A stretch of 64,000 nt of DNA. Origin: Candidatus Marinacidobacterales bacterium (GTDB lineage Bacteria; Acidobacteriota; Vicinamibacteria; Marinacidobacterales; SMYC01). The stretch is from assembly GCA_965224085.1 (NCBI GenBank), contig CBDCYI010000009.1, positions 160,001-224,000 on the forward strand. Direction: 5' to 3'. Of the stretch, positions 10,036 through 18,242 are shown piece after piece (position 1 is the first letter of the stretch; each line of letters opens with the position of its first letter). The position numbers were made by a program, and so were the translations under genes. A model generated the notes under the pieces. It made no database searches, was not told the origin of the DNA, and saw only the letters and a program-made list of their open reading frames with translations.

Positions 10036-10824
10036 GTGAGAAAATTGTTCGTTCTCGTTCCCGCGCTGACACTAGCAACAACGACGAGCGTCCTCGCGCA
10101 GGCTCGGTTTCAGCAGACGGTCGAGGTCAAAGTGAAGCCCGGCCACGAGCGGGCGTACGAGAGCTACCTGAAGAAAGTCATCGAGGCCGCTGACAAGATC
10201 AAGAGCCCTCTCGGTTGGAATACCTTCTTCGTCGCCGTTGGAAAACAAAGTCCCACATACCGCGTCGCCCTTTCTTTTGACAAATGGGCCGACCGCGATC
10301 GATGGCCGAACGGTCCTCAGGAAATGCTGGCGAAAGCGTTCGGAGAGCAGGAAGCGAGCCGCATCGACCGGGAAGGCCGCCTCGGAATCGAAAGTGTGAT
10401 GATTCGCATCTGGGAGCGCCTACACGACGGATCGTCATTTCCCGGAACGGGGGACCGGTTAGCGAAGTTCTACGGCGTCACGATTCGCCACGTGAAGCCG
10501 GCGATGGTTCCGGAGTTTCGCTCGCTCCAGAGAAAGTTCAAGGGAGCGTACGAGGCGTCCCGCGAGAAAATGAGCGTGACGCGTTTCGTACTTCGCTTCG
10601 GAGAAGGGCAGGATTCCACGTTCCGCCTCACCGAGCCGTTCGACACGTGGGCGGAGATCGACGGCTGGCGTAATTCAGAGATCATTGGAGAGCACCTCGG
10701 CGAAGAGGAGATAGAGCTAGTCGGCCGTACGATGACCGCCGCCATATGGAAGCAGGAGCGCTTCGTCTCCGCCCACCGGCCGGGCCTGAGCCGCGCAGCA
10801 CCCGGAAGCACGACGAACGAATAG
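10036..10824 (+). CDS. Secreted hypothetical protein with two NIPSNAP/dimeric alpha-beta barrel-like repeats
   Basis: Signal peptide ending VLA-Q. Internal repeats VKVKPGHERAYE..FDKWADRD and RHVKPAMVPEFR..FDTWAEID. Confidence 0.75.
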   Translation: MRKLFVLVPALTLATTTSVLAQARFQQTVEVKVKPGHERAYESYLKKVIEAADKIKSPLGWNTFFVAVGKQSPTYRVALSFDKWADRDRWPNGPQEMLAKAFGEQEASRIDREGRLGIESVMIRIWERLHDGSSFPGTGDRLAKFYGVTIRHVKPAMVPEFRSLQRKFKGAYEASREKMSVTRFVLRFGEGQDSTFRLTEPFDTWAEIDGWRNSEIIGEHLGEEEIELVGRTMTAAIWKQERFVSAHRPGLSRAAPGSTTNE

Positions 10825-10863
10825 ATGATCCGACGCTTTACGAAAGGGAATTATAAGAAACGA

Positions 10864-10892
10864 TTGACAAGGCACCCGTGATCGTGTATTCT
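10864..10892 (+). promoter_or_regulatory. Sigma70 promoter of the IS1595 transposase (likely leaderless mRNA)
   Basis: TTGACA-17 bp-TATTCT, with ATG 6 nt downstream at 10899. Confidence 0.6.
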
Positions 10893-10898
10893 ACGATC

Positions 10899-11879
10899 AT
10901 GATGACGCGATACAACTCCCCAGGGCGAGGGCACCGGGAAGGCATAACCGTTGTTCAGCTCATGGACATGTTCCCGACCGATGAAGCGGCAACCAAATGG
11001 TTCGAGGCTGCAATCTGGCATGGCACTCGGTGCTGCGGACATTGCGGTAGCCTCAGCACCAGCGAAGTCCCGAACGAAAAGCCGATGCCCTACTGGTGCT
11101 CCACCTGCCGGAGCTACTTCAGCGTTCGCACGGGCACCCCTATTGCCCATTCTAAGATCGCGCTCCGCAAATGGGTTATCGCCATCTACCTCTGCTTGAC
11201 TAGTCTCAAAGGCGTCTCGAGCATGAAGCTCCACCGAGACATCGGCGTCTCACAGGCCGCGGCTTGGTTCATGCTCCATCGGATTCGAGAAGCGTGGAGC
11301 GGTCCTAACGGCAAATCGTTCGCCGGGCCTGTCGAGGTAGACGAAACCTTCTTCGGCGGGAAGGCTCGCAACATGCAGCACGCCCACAAGCGCGAGCAGG
11401 CTATTAAGGGCCGAGGATCCGCAGGGAAGACGGCCGTCATCGGCGCGAAGGACCGCCGGACGAACCGTGTCAGCGCCGAGGTCATCGGCAACACCGACCA
11501 ACCGACGCTCCAAGGCTTCGTCGCGAAGAATGTCGATCCTAGCGCGAAGCTCTACACCGACGACCACAGAGGCTATGTCGGTCTACCCAATCACGAGACG
11601 GTGAAGCACAGCGTCAAAGAGTACGTCAACGGAATGGCGCACACCAACGGGATTGAGAGCTTCTGGTCGATGCTCAAGCGGGCGCACAAGGGGACGTTCC
11701 ACAAGATGAGCCCCAAGCACTTACAACGCTACGTTAATGAGTTCGCTGAGAAGCACAACATCCGCGACCTAGGAACTCTCGACCAAATGCTCGACACCGT
11801 CGCTCGGCTTGTCGGACACCGACTTCTCTACCGTGACCTCGTCGCCAAGAACGGGCTCAGTTCGATGGCGAGGTCGTAA
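10899..11879 (+). CDS. IS1595 family transposase
   Basis: Zn ribbon CGHC..CSTC, VEVDETFFGG, YTDD, HTNGIESFWS, YVNEF. Confidence 0.95.
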   Translation: MMTRYNSPGRGHREGITVVQLMDMFPTDEAATKWFEAAIWHGTRCCGHCGSLSTSEVPNEKPMPYWCSTCRSYFSVRTGTPIAHSKIALRKWVIAIYLCLTSLKGVSSMKLHRDIGVSQAAAWFMLHRIREAWSGPNGKSFAGPVEVDETFFGGKARNMQHAHKREQAIKGRGSAGKTAVIGAKDRRTNRVSAEVIGNTDQPTLQGFVAKNVDPSAKLYTDDHRGYVGLPNHETVKHSVKEYVNGMAHTNGIESFWSMLKRAHKGTFHKMSPKHLQRYVNEFAEKHNIRDLGTLDQMLDTVARLVGHRLLYRDLVAKNGLSSMARS

Positions 11880-11960
11880 GGGACTCAGCAACGCGCGGGC
11901 CAATCTCTCCGGCGTGGCGCCGGCCAGGTCGCGCTCGGGGATGATCATCGGTGGTCTCAT
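11769..11960 (-). CDS. Small hypothetical protein overlapping the IS1595 transposase 3' end (antisense)
   Basis: MRPPMIIPERDLAGATPERLARALL. ATGA-coupled to the upstream coiled-coil ORF. Confidence 0.4.
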   Translation of the reverse strand: MRPPMIIPERDLAGATPERLARALLSPLRPRHRTEPVLGDEVTVEKSVSDKPSDGVEHLVESS

Positions 11961-12142
11961 AGCTTCACCTTGATGTTACCGACCCGGTCCTCTACGCGTT
12001 CGAGCCGCTTATCCATCTTCTCGGTCCTACGGCCAATGAGGTCTAGCTTCTGACCGAATACTCCAAAATTGTGCTCAAGGGTGCTGAACCGGTGACCCAT
12101 CGCGTCGAGCTTTGACGACAGCCCGTCGATTTTACCCGACAC
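11957..12142 (-). CDS. Small heptad/coiled-coil passenger protein, probably 5'-truncated
   Basis: Heptad-like KIDGLSSKLDAM..MDKRLERVEDRV. The upstream frame is closed by TGA near 12177. Confidence 0.45.
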   Translation of the reverse strand: MSGKIDGLSSKLDAMGHRFSTLEHNFGVFGQKLDLIGRRTEKMDKRLERVEDRVGNIKVKL

Positions 12143-12369
12143 TTTTTCGATGTCGTCAAAACTCGTGCTGCCTTGAAATCAAGGACTTACGCCCTTCTCG
12201 CACCCCTTGAGTTCCGGGGCGAAGAAGGTCAAACTCCGCCGCTTATGTGACGCGTTGCATTATGTGAAGTAGTCCTCCCATTGGTTGCAGAAGTCTTCGC
12301 TGACACACGACTTACAAAGAAGAGGGCTCACTTGTACTCCACATAAATTTAATCGAACTAAGCCGCTCG

Positions 12370-12632
12370 CGCGGCGGCGGGACCTGCAAGCTCTCCCGAA
12401 CTGGTGAGCCAAACTGGGGGCATTTTGCCTGCGCCTTTTTCGCCGCAGCCCATCGCCCTTCCAGGGAATCACGGCGCGCAGGTCGTGTCAAGGTTTCGCG
12501 CGCTTCGCGCGCCGGCTGCGCCGCCCTGGACACAACCTACGCGCCGTGATGCGAGTCACTATGGGCGATGGGCGGACGGGTGCCTCCGGCAGGGGCTCCG
12601 GACTCCGGGTTTTGCACGGCAAGCCAGCCGCG
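12370..12632. repeat. ~260-nt nested imperfect inverted repeat
   Basis: Arms: 12448-12458 with 12563-12573 (11/11), 12468-12493 with 12525-12550 (23/26), 12414-12423 with 12580-12589, and 12370-12378 with 12623-12632. Confidence 0.85.
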
Positions 12633-12851
12633 GTGAACTCACTCGCCTCTAACCCGTTTCCCTTGTTTTTCCGGGCCACGGGAGCCAGAAGGGATTAAGG
12701 AGGACGGCTTCGCCGTCGTCTTCATTCGTTCGATCTTCGCTCCGGACAACGAGTCCTGCGTTTCTCGGAACCGCTCTCTCACACATGGCATCATCCCTGT
12801 CCCCCGCGGGCGGCGATGGTCGTCGTCTGCTAAATCACTGGAGGAATAATC

Positions 12852-13712
12852 ATGGGATGCCTTAGCGAAAAAATGCTTGCCGACATGAAACTGAAGGGGT
12901 TCGCACGCTCCACGCAGGAGGAGTATCTGCTGCGAGCGCGCCATTTCGCGGCACATTACATGCGCTCACCCGCCGAGATGGGCGAGCCGGAGACCCGCGA
13001 TTATCTGATTCATCTCGTTAACGAGAAGAAGGCCTCTCCGGCCAGCCACCACATGTACGTCGCCTCTCTCAAGTTTCTCTACGCAACCACACTCAACCGC
13101 CCGGAGGAGGTGGCGAAGATTCCTTGGCCCAAGAAACCTCGCACGTTACCCGATATCTTGAGCGGCGAGGAGGTCGATTGTTTGCTTCACTCCGTTAACT
13201 CCGTCAAACACCGCGCGATTCTCATGAGCGCCTACGGCGCCGGGCTGCGCGTTTCCGAGGTGTGCTGTCTGAAGCACTCCGACATCGACTCCAAACGCAT
13301 GCTCTTGCACATTCGTCACGCCAAGAACTCCAAGGCCCGCTATGTCACGCTCAGCGAACGTTTGTTGAGCTTCCTGCGCTACTACTGGAAAACCACTCGC
13401 CCTCGCGGAGAGTACTTGTTTCCCGGCCGTAATCCTGGTGCCCACATCTCAGACGATGGCGTTCGCTGGGCTCTTCGTAAGGCCGTGGCTGAGGCGGGGC
13501 TCACCAAACGTATCACTCCTCATTCGCTGCGCCACGGTTTTGCCACACATATGCTCGAACTGGGTGAAGACATTCGTACCGTGCAGCAACTGCTCGGTCA
13601 TGCCTCCATCCAGACCACGGCCCGTTACACAAAGGTAACAGCAAAGCACTTGGGGCGCATCAAGAGCCCTCTCGATTTGCTGGGAACGAAGAAGGGCAAA
13701 AAGCTCGGCTAG
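12852..13712 (+). CDS. Tyrosine recombinase (phage integrase family with N-terminal SAM-like domain)
   Basis: Catalytic set intact: GLRVSE (R), HAKNSK (K), HSLRH, LLGH, TARY (Y). Confidence 0.95.
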   Translation: MGCLSEKMLADMKLKGFARSTQEEYLLRARHFAAHYMRSPAEMGEPETRDYLIHLVNEKKASPASHHMYVASLKFLYATTLNRPEEVAKIPWPKKPRTLPDILSGEEVDCLLHSVNSVKHRAILMSAYGAGLRVSEVCCLKHSDIDSKRMLLHIRHAKNSKARYVTLSERLLSFLRYYWKTTRPRGEYLFPGRNPGAHISDDGVRWALRKAVAEAGLTKRITPHSLRHGFATHMLELGEDIRTVQQLLGHASIQTTARYTKVTAKHLGRIKSPLDLLGTKKGKKLG

Positions 13713-13718
13713 CTCATC

Positions 13719-14966
13719 ATGCAGCCCCATGGGCTGTGTCCTTCCCGCGTCGAGTCACCACCACGGCCACTGCTCGAGATCGCGGAAATCTTCCGCGAAC
13801 ATGGTCCACGCTTTCGCCAAACCCATGCGCTGACAGCCGAGCAGCGCAAGGTGATGTGGGCTATAGAGAACTGTCGCACGGCGGTGCTAGGTGGCCATCT
13901 CGACGTGTGTAACGCTTGCGGATACGCGGCGCCTTCGTTTAACTCGTGCCGCAATCGGCACTGTCCCAAGTGTCAGAGCCTAGCCCAGGCGAAGTGGATG
14001 GAGCAGCGAGCTCAGAGGATTCTTCCGACTCACTATTTCCACGTCGTTTTCACCCTCCCGCAGCAACTCAAGCCTCTCGCCCGAGACAATCCCAAGTTCA
14101 TGTTCAACCTCCTGTTTCGCGCCGCCTCGCGAACTCTATTGGAGTTCGGCCAAAGCCGGCTCGAAGCTCAACTTGCCTTCACCGCCGTACTGCACACCTG
14201 GACCCGGAAGCTCCTGTTCCATCCACACCTGCATTGCATCGTCTCCGGGGGCGGGCTCAACCACCCTCAGCAGCTGTGGAACGCCGCAAACCCTCGCTTT
14301 CTGTTTCCCGTCAAGGCCATGTCGCGGCTTTTTCGCAGCAAGTTTCTCGATGCCCTTAGGCTCGCTTACGACCAAGATGAGCTTGAGTTGAGCGCAAACG
14401 CTTCCCACCTCAGAAACCCACCTCGCTTCCGGGAGCTGAAAGACAAGCTCTACCGCATCGATTGGGTCGTTTACAGCAAACGACCCTTCGGTGGCCCAGA
14501 GCAGGTTTTCAACTACCTCGGCCGATATACCCACCGGGTCGGCATCTCCAACCGCCGACTCATTCGCATCGACCACTACGGCGTCTGCTTCGCCACCAAG
14601 AATGGTAATACCGTTACCGTCCCCCCAGAGGAATTTATCCGCCGTTTCCTCCTGCACGTACTGCCGAAAGGTTTCGTCAAGATTCGCCATTTCGGCTTAA
14701 TGGCCTCCTCCAATGCGACCACCAAGCTCGTAGTCGCGCGCCAGTTGCTCGATGAGAAAACAAAACCCACGACCGACGCCGACGACGTGCAAGTCAGCTC
14801 GCGTGCCACCGAGGACAAGGACTGGCGCGAGCGGCTCAAGGAGCTCACCGGCATCGACCTCACCATCTGTCCCCGCTGCAAGAAAGGTCGCATGCTCCGA
14901 TGCCCTCTCTCCACGAAGCTTCGACGGATCAACCTCCAGATCCGCTCCCCTCCAGATGAGTCATGA
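13719..14966 (+). CDS. IS91 family (HUH, Y2) transposase
   Basis: Zn-binding CRT..CNAC..SCRNRHCPKC, FHVVFTLP, HUH motif HPHLH, YLGRY (YxxxY), C-terminal CPRC. Confidence 0.95.
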   Translation: MQPHGLCPSRVESPPRPLLEIAEIFREHGPRFRQTHALTAEQRKVMWAIENCRTAVLGGHLDVCNACGYAAPSFNSCRNRHCPKCQSLAQAKWMEQRAQRILPTHYFHVVFTLPQQLKPLARDNPKFMFNLLFRAASRTLLEFGQSRLEAQLAFTAVLHTWTRKLLFHPHLHCIVSGGGLNHPQQLWNAANPRFLFPVKAMSRLFRSKFLDALRLAYDQDELELSANASHLRNPPRFRELKDKLYRIDWVVYSKRPFGGPEQVFNYLGRYTHRVGISNRRLIRIDHYGVCFATKNGNTVTVPPEEFIRRFLLHVLPKGFVKIRHFGLMASSNATTKLVVARQLLDEKTKPTTDADDVQVSSRATEDKDWRERLKELTGIDLTICPRCKKGRMLRCPLSTKLRRINLQIRSPPDES

Positions 14967-15379
14967 TCACGATGCTTTCGCTCCGCCTCTCACAACGCCG
15001 ACCGGTCGTTGAAACGGACTCGTGTGTCTCGTCGCGAACTCATAACGCTACCGTGGTGGTTACCGCACCGGGTAGGCCCTTCTTCTATCTTCCCCGCCAT
15101 ATCTCTGTCGATTCGCAACTCCCTGACGTCCAACTCCGACTTCCTGTCCGACCGTCTTCTCACTCCAATTTATGCATAGTTGCCGCTAGCTGGGCGGCTT
15201 AGTTCAATTACGGTTTGCACGAATGCTCGCTCTACAAGCATCGTGCCTCGCGTAACGCCGTGCTTCGCTCGATTCCTGCAAACCGCTATTAATTCATGAC
15301 AGACCCATTCATGGCCTGGTTCAGGCCAAAGGGGGATTGTCATGGTCTTGGAAGATTTTTTTCGTCGCGCATCTTTGTT

Positions 15380-15650
15380 GGAGCGATCTACCTTGCCGCA
15401 TGGGATGTTCACCGCGCGAAAGTGTTTGGTCGTTACGAGCCGAAGACCACGATCGTCTCCTTCTACCGCTTCGTCGGGGAAGTCATGCGCCAAAAGCCCT
15501 ATCGCACCGCGAAGCGAGTTTTCCGGATCGTCGATAACGCTTCCATTCATCGCGGGCAAGCTTCTGTCGAGCGCTTCCGGCAGCAGTGGCCCAATTCCGA
15601 ACTCATTCATACCCCAACCCATGCCAGCTGGCTCAATCAAGTCGAGATCA
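15380..15650 (+). pseudogene. IS630 family transposase fragment
   Basis: YLAAWDVHRAKVFGR..IVDNASIHRG..HTPTHASWLNQVEI. Both ends missing. Confidence 0.85.
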
Positions 15651-15672
15651 CTGCAAATAACTGATTCCAAAT

Positions 15673-15748
15673 TGGTAGGCCGTGATGGTCTCGAACCATC
15701 GACATCCTGCTTAAAAGGCAGGCGCTCTACCAACTGAGCTAACGGCCC
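15673..15748 (-). tRNA. tRNA-Lys (TTT), CCA encoded
   Basis: GGGCCGTTAGCTCAGTTGGTAGAGCGCCTGCC-TTT-..GGTTCGAGACC..CGGCCTACCA forms a 76-nt cloverleaf with anticodon loop CTTTTAA. Confidence 0.97.
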
Positions 15749-15759
15749 ATGAGAGCTTG

Positions 15760-15788
15760 ATTTTAGGGCGTCGCGCTCTTTTCGTCAA
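15760..15788 (-). promoter_or_regulatory. Sigma70 promoter of tRNA-Lys
   Basis: TTGACG-17 bp-TAAAAT on the minus strand, just upstream of the tRNA. Confidence 0.7.
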
Positions 15789-15817
15789 TGAGTGTTGCGA
15801 TTTCAGTTCTTTGAGCC

Positions 15818-17149
15818 TCACGCGGCGGGAGTTTTCTTCGGAGCGCCGAACCAGTTGTTGAGCACAGAGCCGCGACCCATGTCCAGGATGGCCGCGCGCC
15901 TTTCGGGTCCGGTGGAGACCATCTCCACTGGCGCCCCGCAGAGCTCCTCGATGGTCTCTAGATATTCGCGGGCTTTGACAGGTAAATCGCCAATGCGGCT
16001 CACGCCGAACGTCGAGCTCTTCCATCCTGGAACTGCGCGATAGACGGGGCTGCACTCCTCTAGAGTCGAGAGCTCGCCGGGAAAATCGTCGACGCGCTCG
16101 CGGCGATATTCGTAATGCGTGCAGATTTGAATCTCGTCGAGGTCGTCGAGGACGTCGAGTTTCGTGATAGCGAGTGCGTCGAGGCCGTTGATACGGTTGG
16201 CGTAGCGGACGACGACGCTGTCGAACCAGCCGCAGCGGCGGGGGCGACCCGTTGAGGCGCCGTACTCCGCGCCTTTCTCCCGAATGGTCTCGCCGAGCTC
16301 GCCGAGCATCTCGGTTGGAAGCGGGCCTTCACCAACGCGTGTGATGTAGGCCTTCGTGATGCCCAAGATGTGGTCGATGGCCTTCGGGCTGATGCCGCTG
16401 CCGGTGCAAGCGCCCCCTGCGGTGGGGTTCGACGAGGTGACGAAAGGATAGGTGCCGTGGTCGATGTCCAAAAACGTTGCCTGTGCTCCTTCGAATAGGA
16501 CGTTCTTCCCTTCGAGTATCGACTCGTGGATGAGAAGCGACGTATCGCGAATGTGTGGCAGCACCTCGTTCGTGAAGCGCGTCAGGAGCTCCTTGGTTTC
16601 CACGAGAAGCTTCTCCGCGTCGGCGTCGACCCCGAGCTGCGCCGCTTTGTCGCGCACGAGATAGTCGAGCTTCTCATGCAAGAAGTCGGTGTGTTTCAAG
16701 TCCCCGACGCGCAACCCGCGGCGACCAATCTTGTCTTCGTAGGCAGGACCGATCCCTCGGCACGTCGTACCGATGCGCCGGTTTCCGAGCTTCTCCTCTT
16801 CTCGCTGTTCCGCGAGGCGGTGATACGGAAGGATGAGCTGGGCACGGTCGCTCACGTAGAGATTGGCGCCCACTTCGATGCCGAGCTCGCGCAACATTCT
16901 TGTCTCGGTCATGAAGGCTTCAGGGTCGACGACGCAGCCATTGCCGATGACGGATAAGACCCCCGGGTGCAAGATACCGGAAGGGATGATGTGCAGGACG
17001 AATTCTTGCTCTCCTACAACGACGGTATGGCCCGCGTTGTGGCCGCCGCCGTAGCGAACTACGACTTGCACCCGCTCCGATAGCAGGTCCACATACTTCC
17101 CCTTGCCCTCGTCACCCCACTGGGTTCCGACGACCACGATGTTCGGCAT
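15818..17149 (-). CDS. purA: Adenylosuccinate synthetase
   Basis: QWGDEGKGK, GGHNAGHT, FEGAQ, GTYPFVTSS, TGRPRRCGWFD, TKLDVLD. Confidence 0.99.
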   Translation of the reverse strand: MPNIVVVGTQWGDEGKGKYVDLLSERVQVVVRYGGGHNAGHTVVVGEQEFVLHIIPSGILHPGVLSVIGNGCVVDPEAFMTETRMLRELGIEVGANLYVSDRAQLILPYHRLAEQREEEKLGNRRIGTTCRGIGPAYEDKIGRRGLRVGDLKHTDFLHEKLDYLVRDKAAQLGVDADAEKLLVETKELLTRFTNEVLPHIRDTSLLIHESILEGKNVLFEGAQATFLDIDHGTYPFVTSSNPTAGGACTGSGISPKAIDHILGITKAYITRVGEGPLPTEMLGELGETIREKGAEYGASTGRPRRCGWFDSVVVRYANRINGLDALAITKLDVLDDLDEIQICTHYEYRRERVDDFPGELSTLEECSPVYRAVPGWKSSTFGVSRIGDLPVKAREYLETIEELCGAPVEMVSTGPERRAAILDMGRGSVLNNWFGAPKKTPAA

Positions 17150-17217
17150 CTATGACTCCTGGTGAAGATTCACAAGCGCTTAGTCTACCAAATCCAGATC
17201 GCGTATGATTCGACGCC

Positions 17218-18228
17218 ATGGCGATCACGTTTGCGAGACCCGCGTTCGAAGACTCCCTTTTCGAATATCTCGACGCGCATCGCTTGGTCGTCGTGACCGG
17301 GCCACGTGGGGCCGGTAAGACGACGCTTCTAAAGAGCCTCCGCGAGCATTGGCGTGGCGGCGCAGCGCTCGTGCAGATGGAGCCGGTCGCCTGCTCTCCC
17401 GAGGTGCTCCAGAGCGCCTTTGTGGAGCTCGCAGGTGACACGCTCGGGCGCGTTCCGAACGCCGCAACCTTTCACGAAGCCGTCCGCAGACGCGCGCGCG
17501 GCTCGCTCCTTCTTCTCGACGACATCGCCGAACTGCGCACGTTGTCGTACTACCCGGGCGTCGAGAAGCCTCTCCACGGGTTCCTCGCGGCGATCGCTGG
17601 CGTGAAGGAAGCTACGGTGGTCACCTCCCGTTTCGGTTTCTGGATGCGTCGTCACTTCCCTGAGCTGCACTACCTGTCGCTGCCGCCCCTAACGGTGGAG
17701 GAGCTCGCATCCGCCGGGGTGCGCGAGCCCGAGCTGGTCGCGAGCGCAACTGGCGGGCTCGCCGTTCACGCCCAGCACCTCGCCGACGGCGCCGTCGAAG
17801 AAACGCTCGCCTATGAGCTCTCACGCGGCGGTCGGATCGACGCCGAATGTCGCGCTACCCTCTCCGAGCTGCTCCATCGCGCCCGAGGCTACGGCGCATG
17901 CAAGTGGGTGCTACGAGTCCTTGCCGACGAAGAAGGCTTGAACCTCACCGAGGTAGCGCGACGGATGGACCGCACGCCCGGCTCCGCGCGGGACTACTTG
18001 CTGTGGCTCGAGGAAGTCGACGTGCTCGCTGCGCGAAAGAAGCGCTATTTCTACATCGACCCGATCTTGCGCCTCTGGGTGCGAGTACACGGTCAGGGCT
18101 GTCTAGCCACTCAGGCGGAAATTCAGGGTGAAGTTCGTGCTCACCTCGCAGGGATCGAAGGAGCGGTCACCGAACACGCGTTCCGGCGCCCGCCGCGTCC
18201 GTTCGAAGACTTGGTCGAGATTGATTGA
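17218..18228 (+). CDS. P-loop ATPase with C-terminal winged helix
   Basis: Walker A GPRGAGKT, Walker B LLLLDD, HTH-like LNLTEVARRMDRTPGSARDYL, YFYIDPILRLW. Confidence 0.8.
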   Translation: MAITFARPAFEDSLFEYLDAHRLVVVTGPRGAGKTTLLKSLREHWRGGAALVQMEPVACSPEVLQSAFVELAGDTLGRVPNAATFHEAVRRRARGSLLLLDDIAELRTLSYYPGVEKPLHGFLAAIAGVKEATVVTSRFGFWMRRHFPELHYLSLPPLTVEELASAGVREPELVASATGGLAVHAQHLADGAVEETLAYELSRGGRIDAECRATLSELLHRARGYGACKWVLRVLADEEGLNLTEVARRMDRTPGSARDYLLWLEEVDVLAARKKRYFYIDPILRLWVRVHGQGCLATQAEIQGEVRAHLAGIEGAVTEHAFRRPPRPFEDLVEID

Positions 18229-18242
18229 TGATGAGTGCATGA

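Larger units (their letters stand above)
10846..12170 (+). mobile_element. IS1595-family element, right end not found
   Basis: Candidate left end GGGAATTATAAG at 10846, then the transposase and small antisense ORFs. No matching right IR seen, so the right boundary is approximate. Confidence 0.6.
12350..15290 (+). mobile_element. Tyrosine recombinase + IS91-family transposase element with structured ends
   Basis: Two coupled genes. 17-bp inverted repeats at 12350-12366 and 15194-15210. Long foldback at 12370-12632 and hairpin at 15211-15285. Exact ends uncertain. Confidence 0.8.

Noticed and set aside
12852-15290. Classical integron (intI plus cassettes)
   Set aside because: The recombinase is 286 aa with no visible IntI-specific insertion, is coupled to an IS91 transposase, and has no cassette array.
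9940-15672. Direct repeat of the tRNA-Lys 3' end marking an island boundary
   Set aside because: No second copy found by eye in the window.
18226-18234. TGATGATGA after the ATPase as possible selenocysteine or readthrough
   Set aside because: Tandem stops with a converging gene immediately after, no downstream frame and no SECIS-like hairpin.
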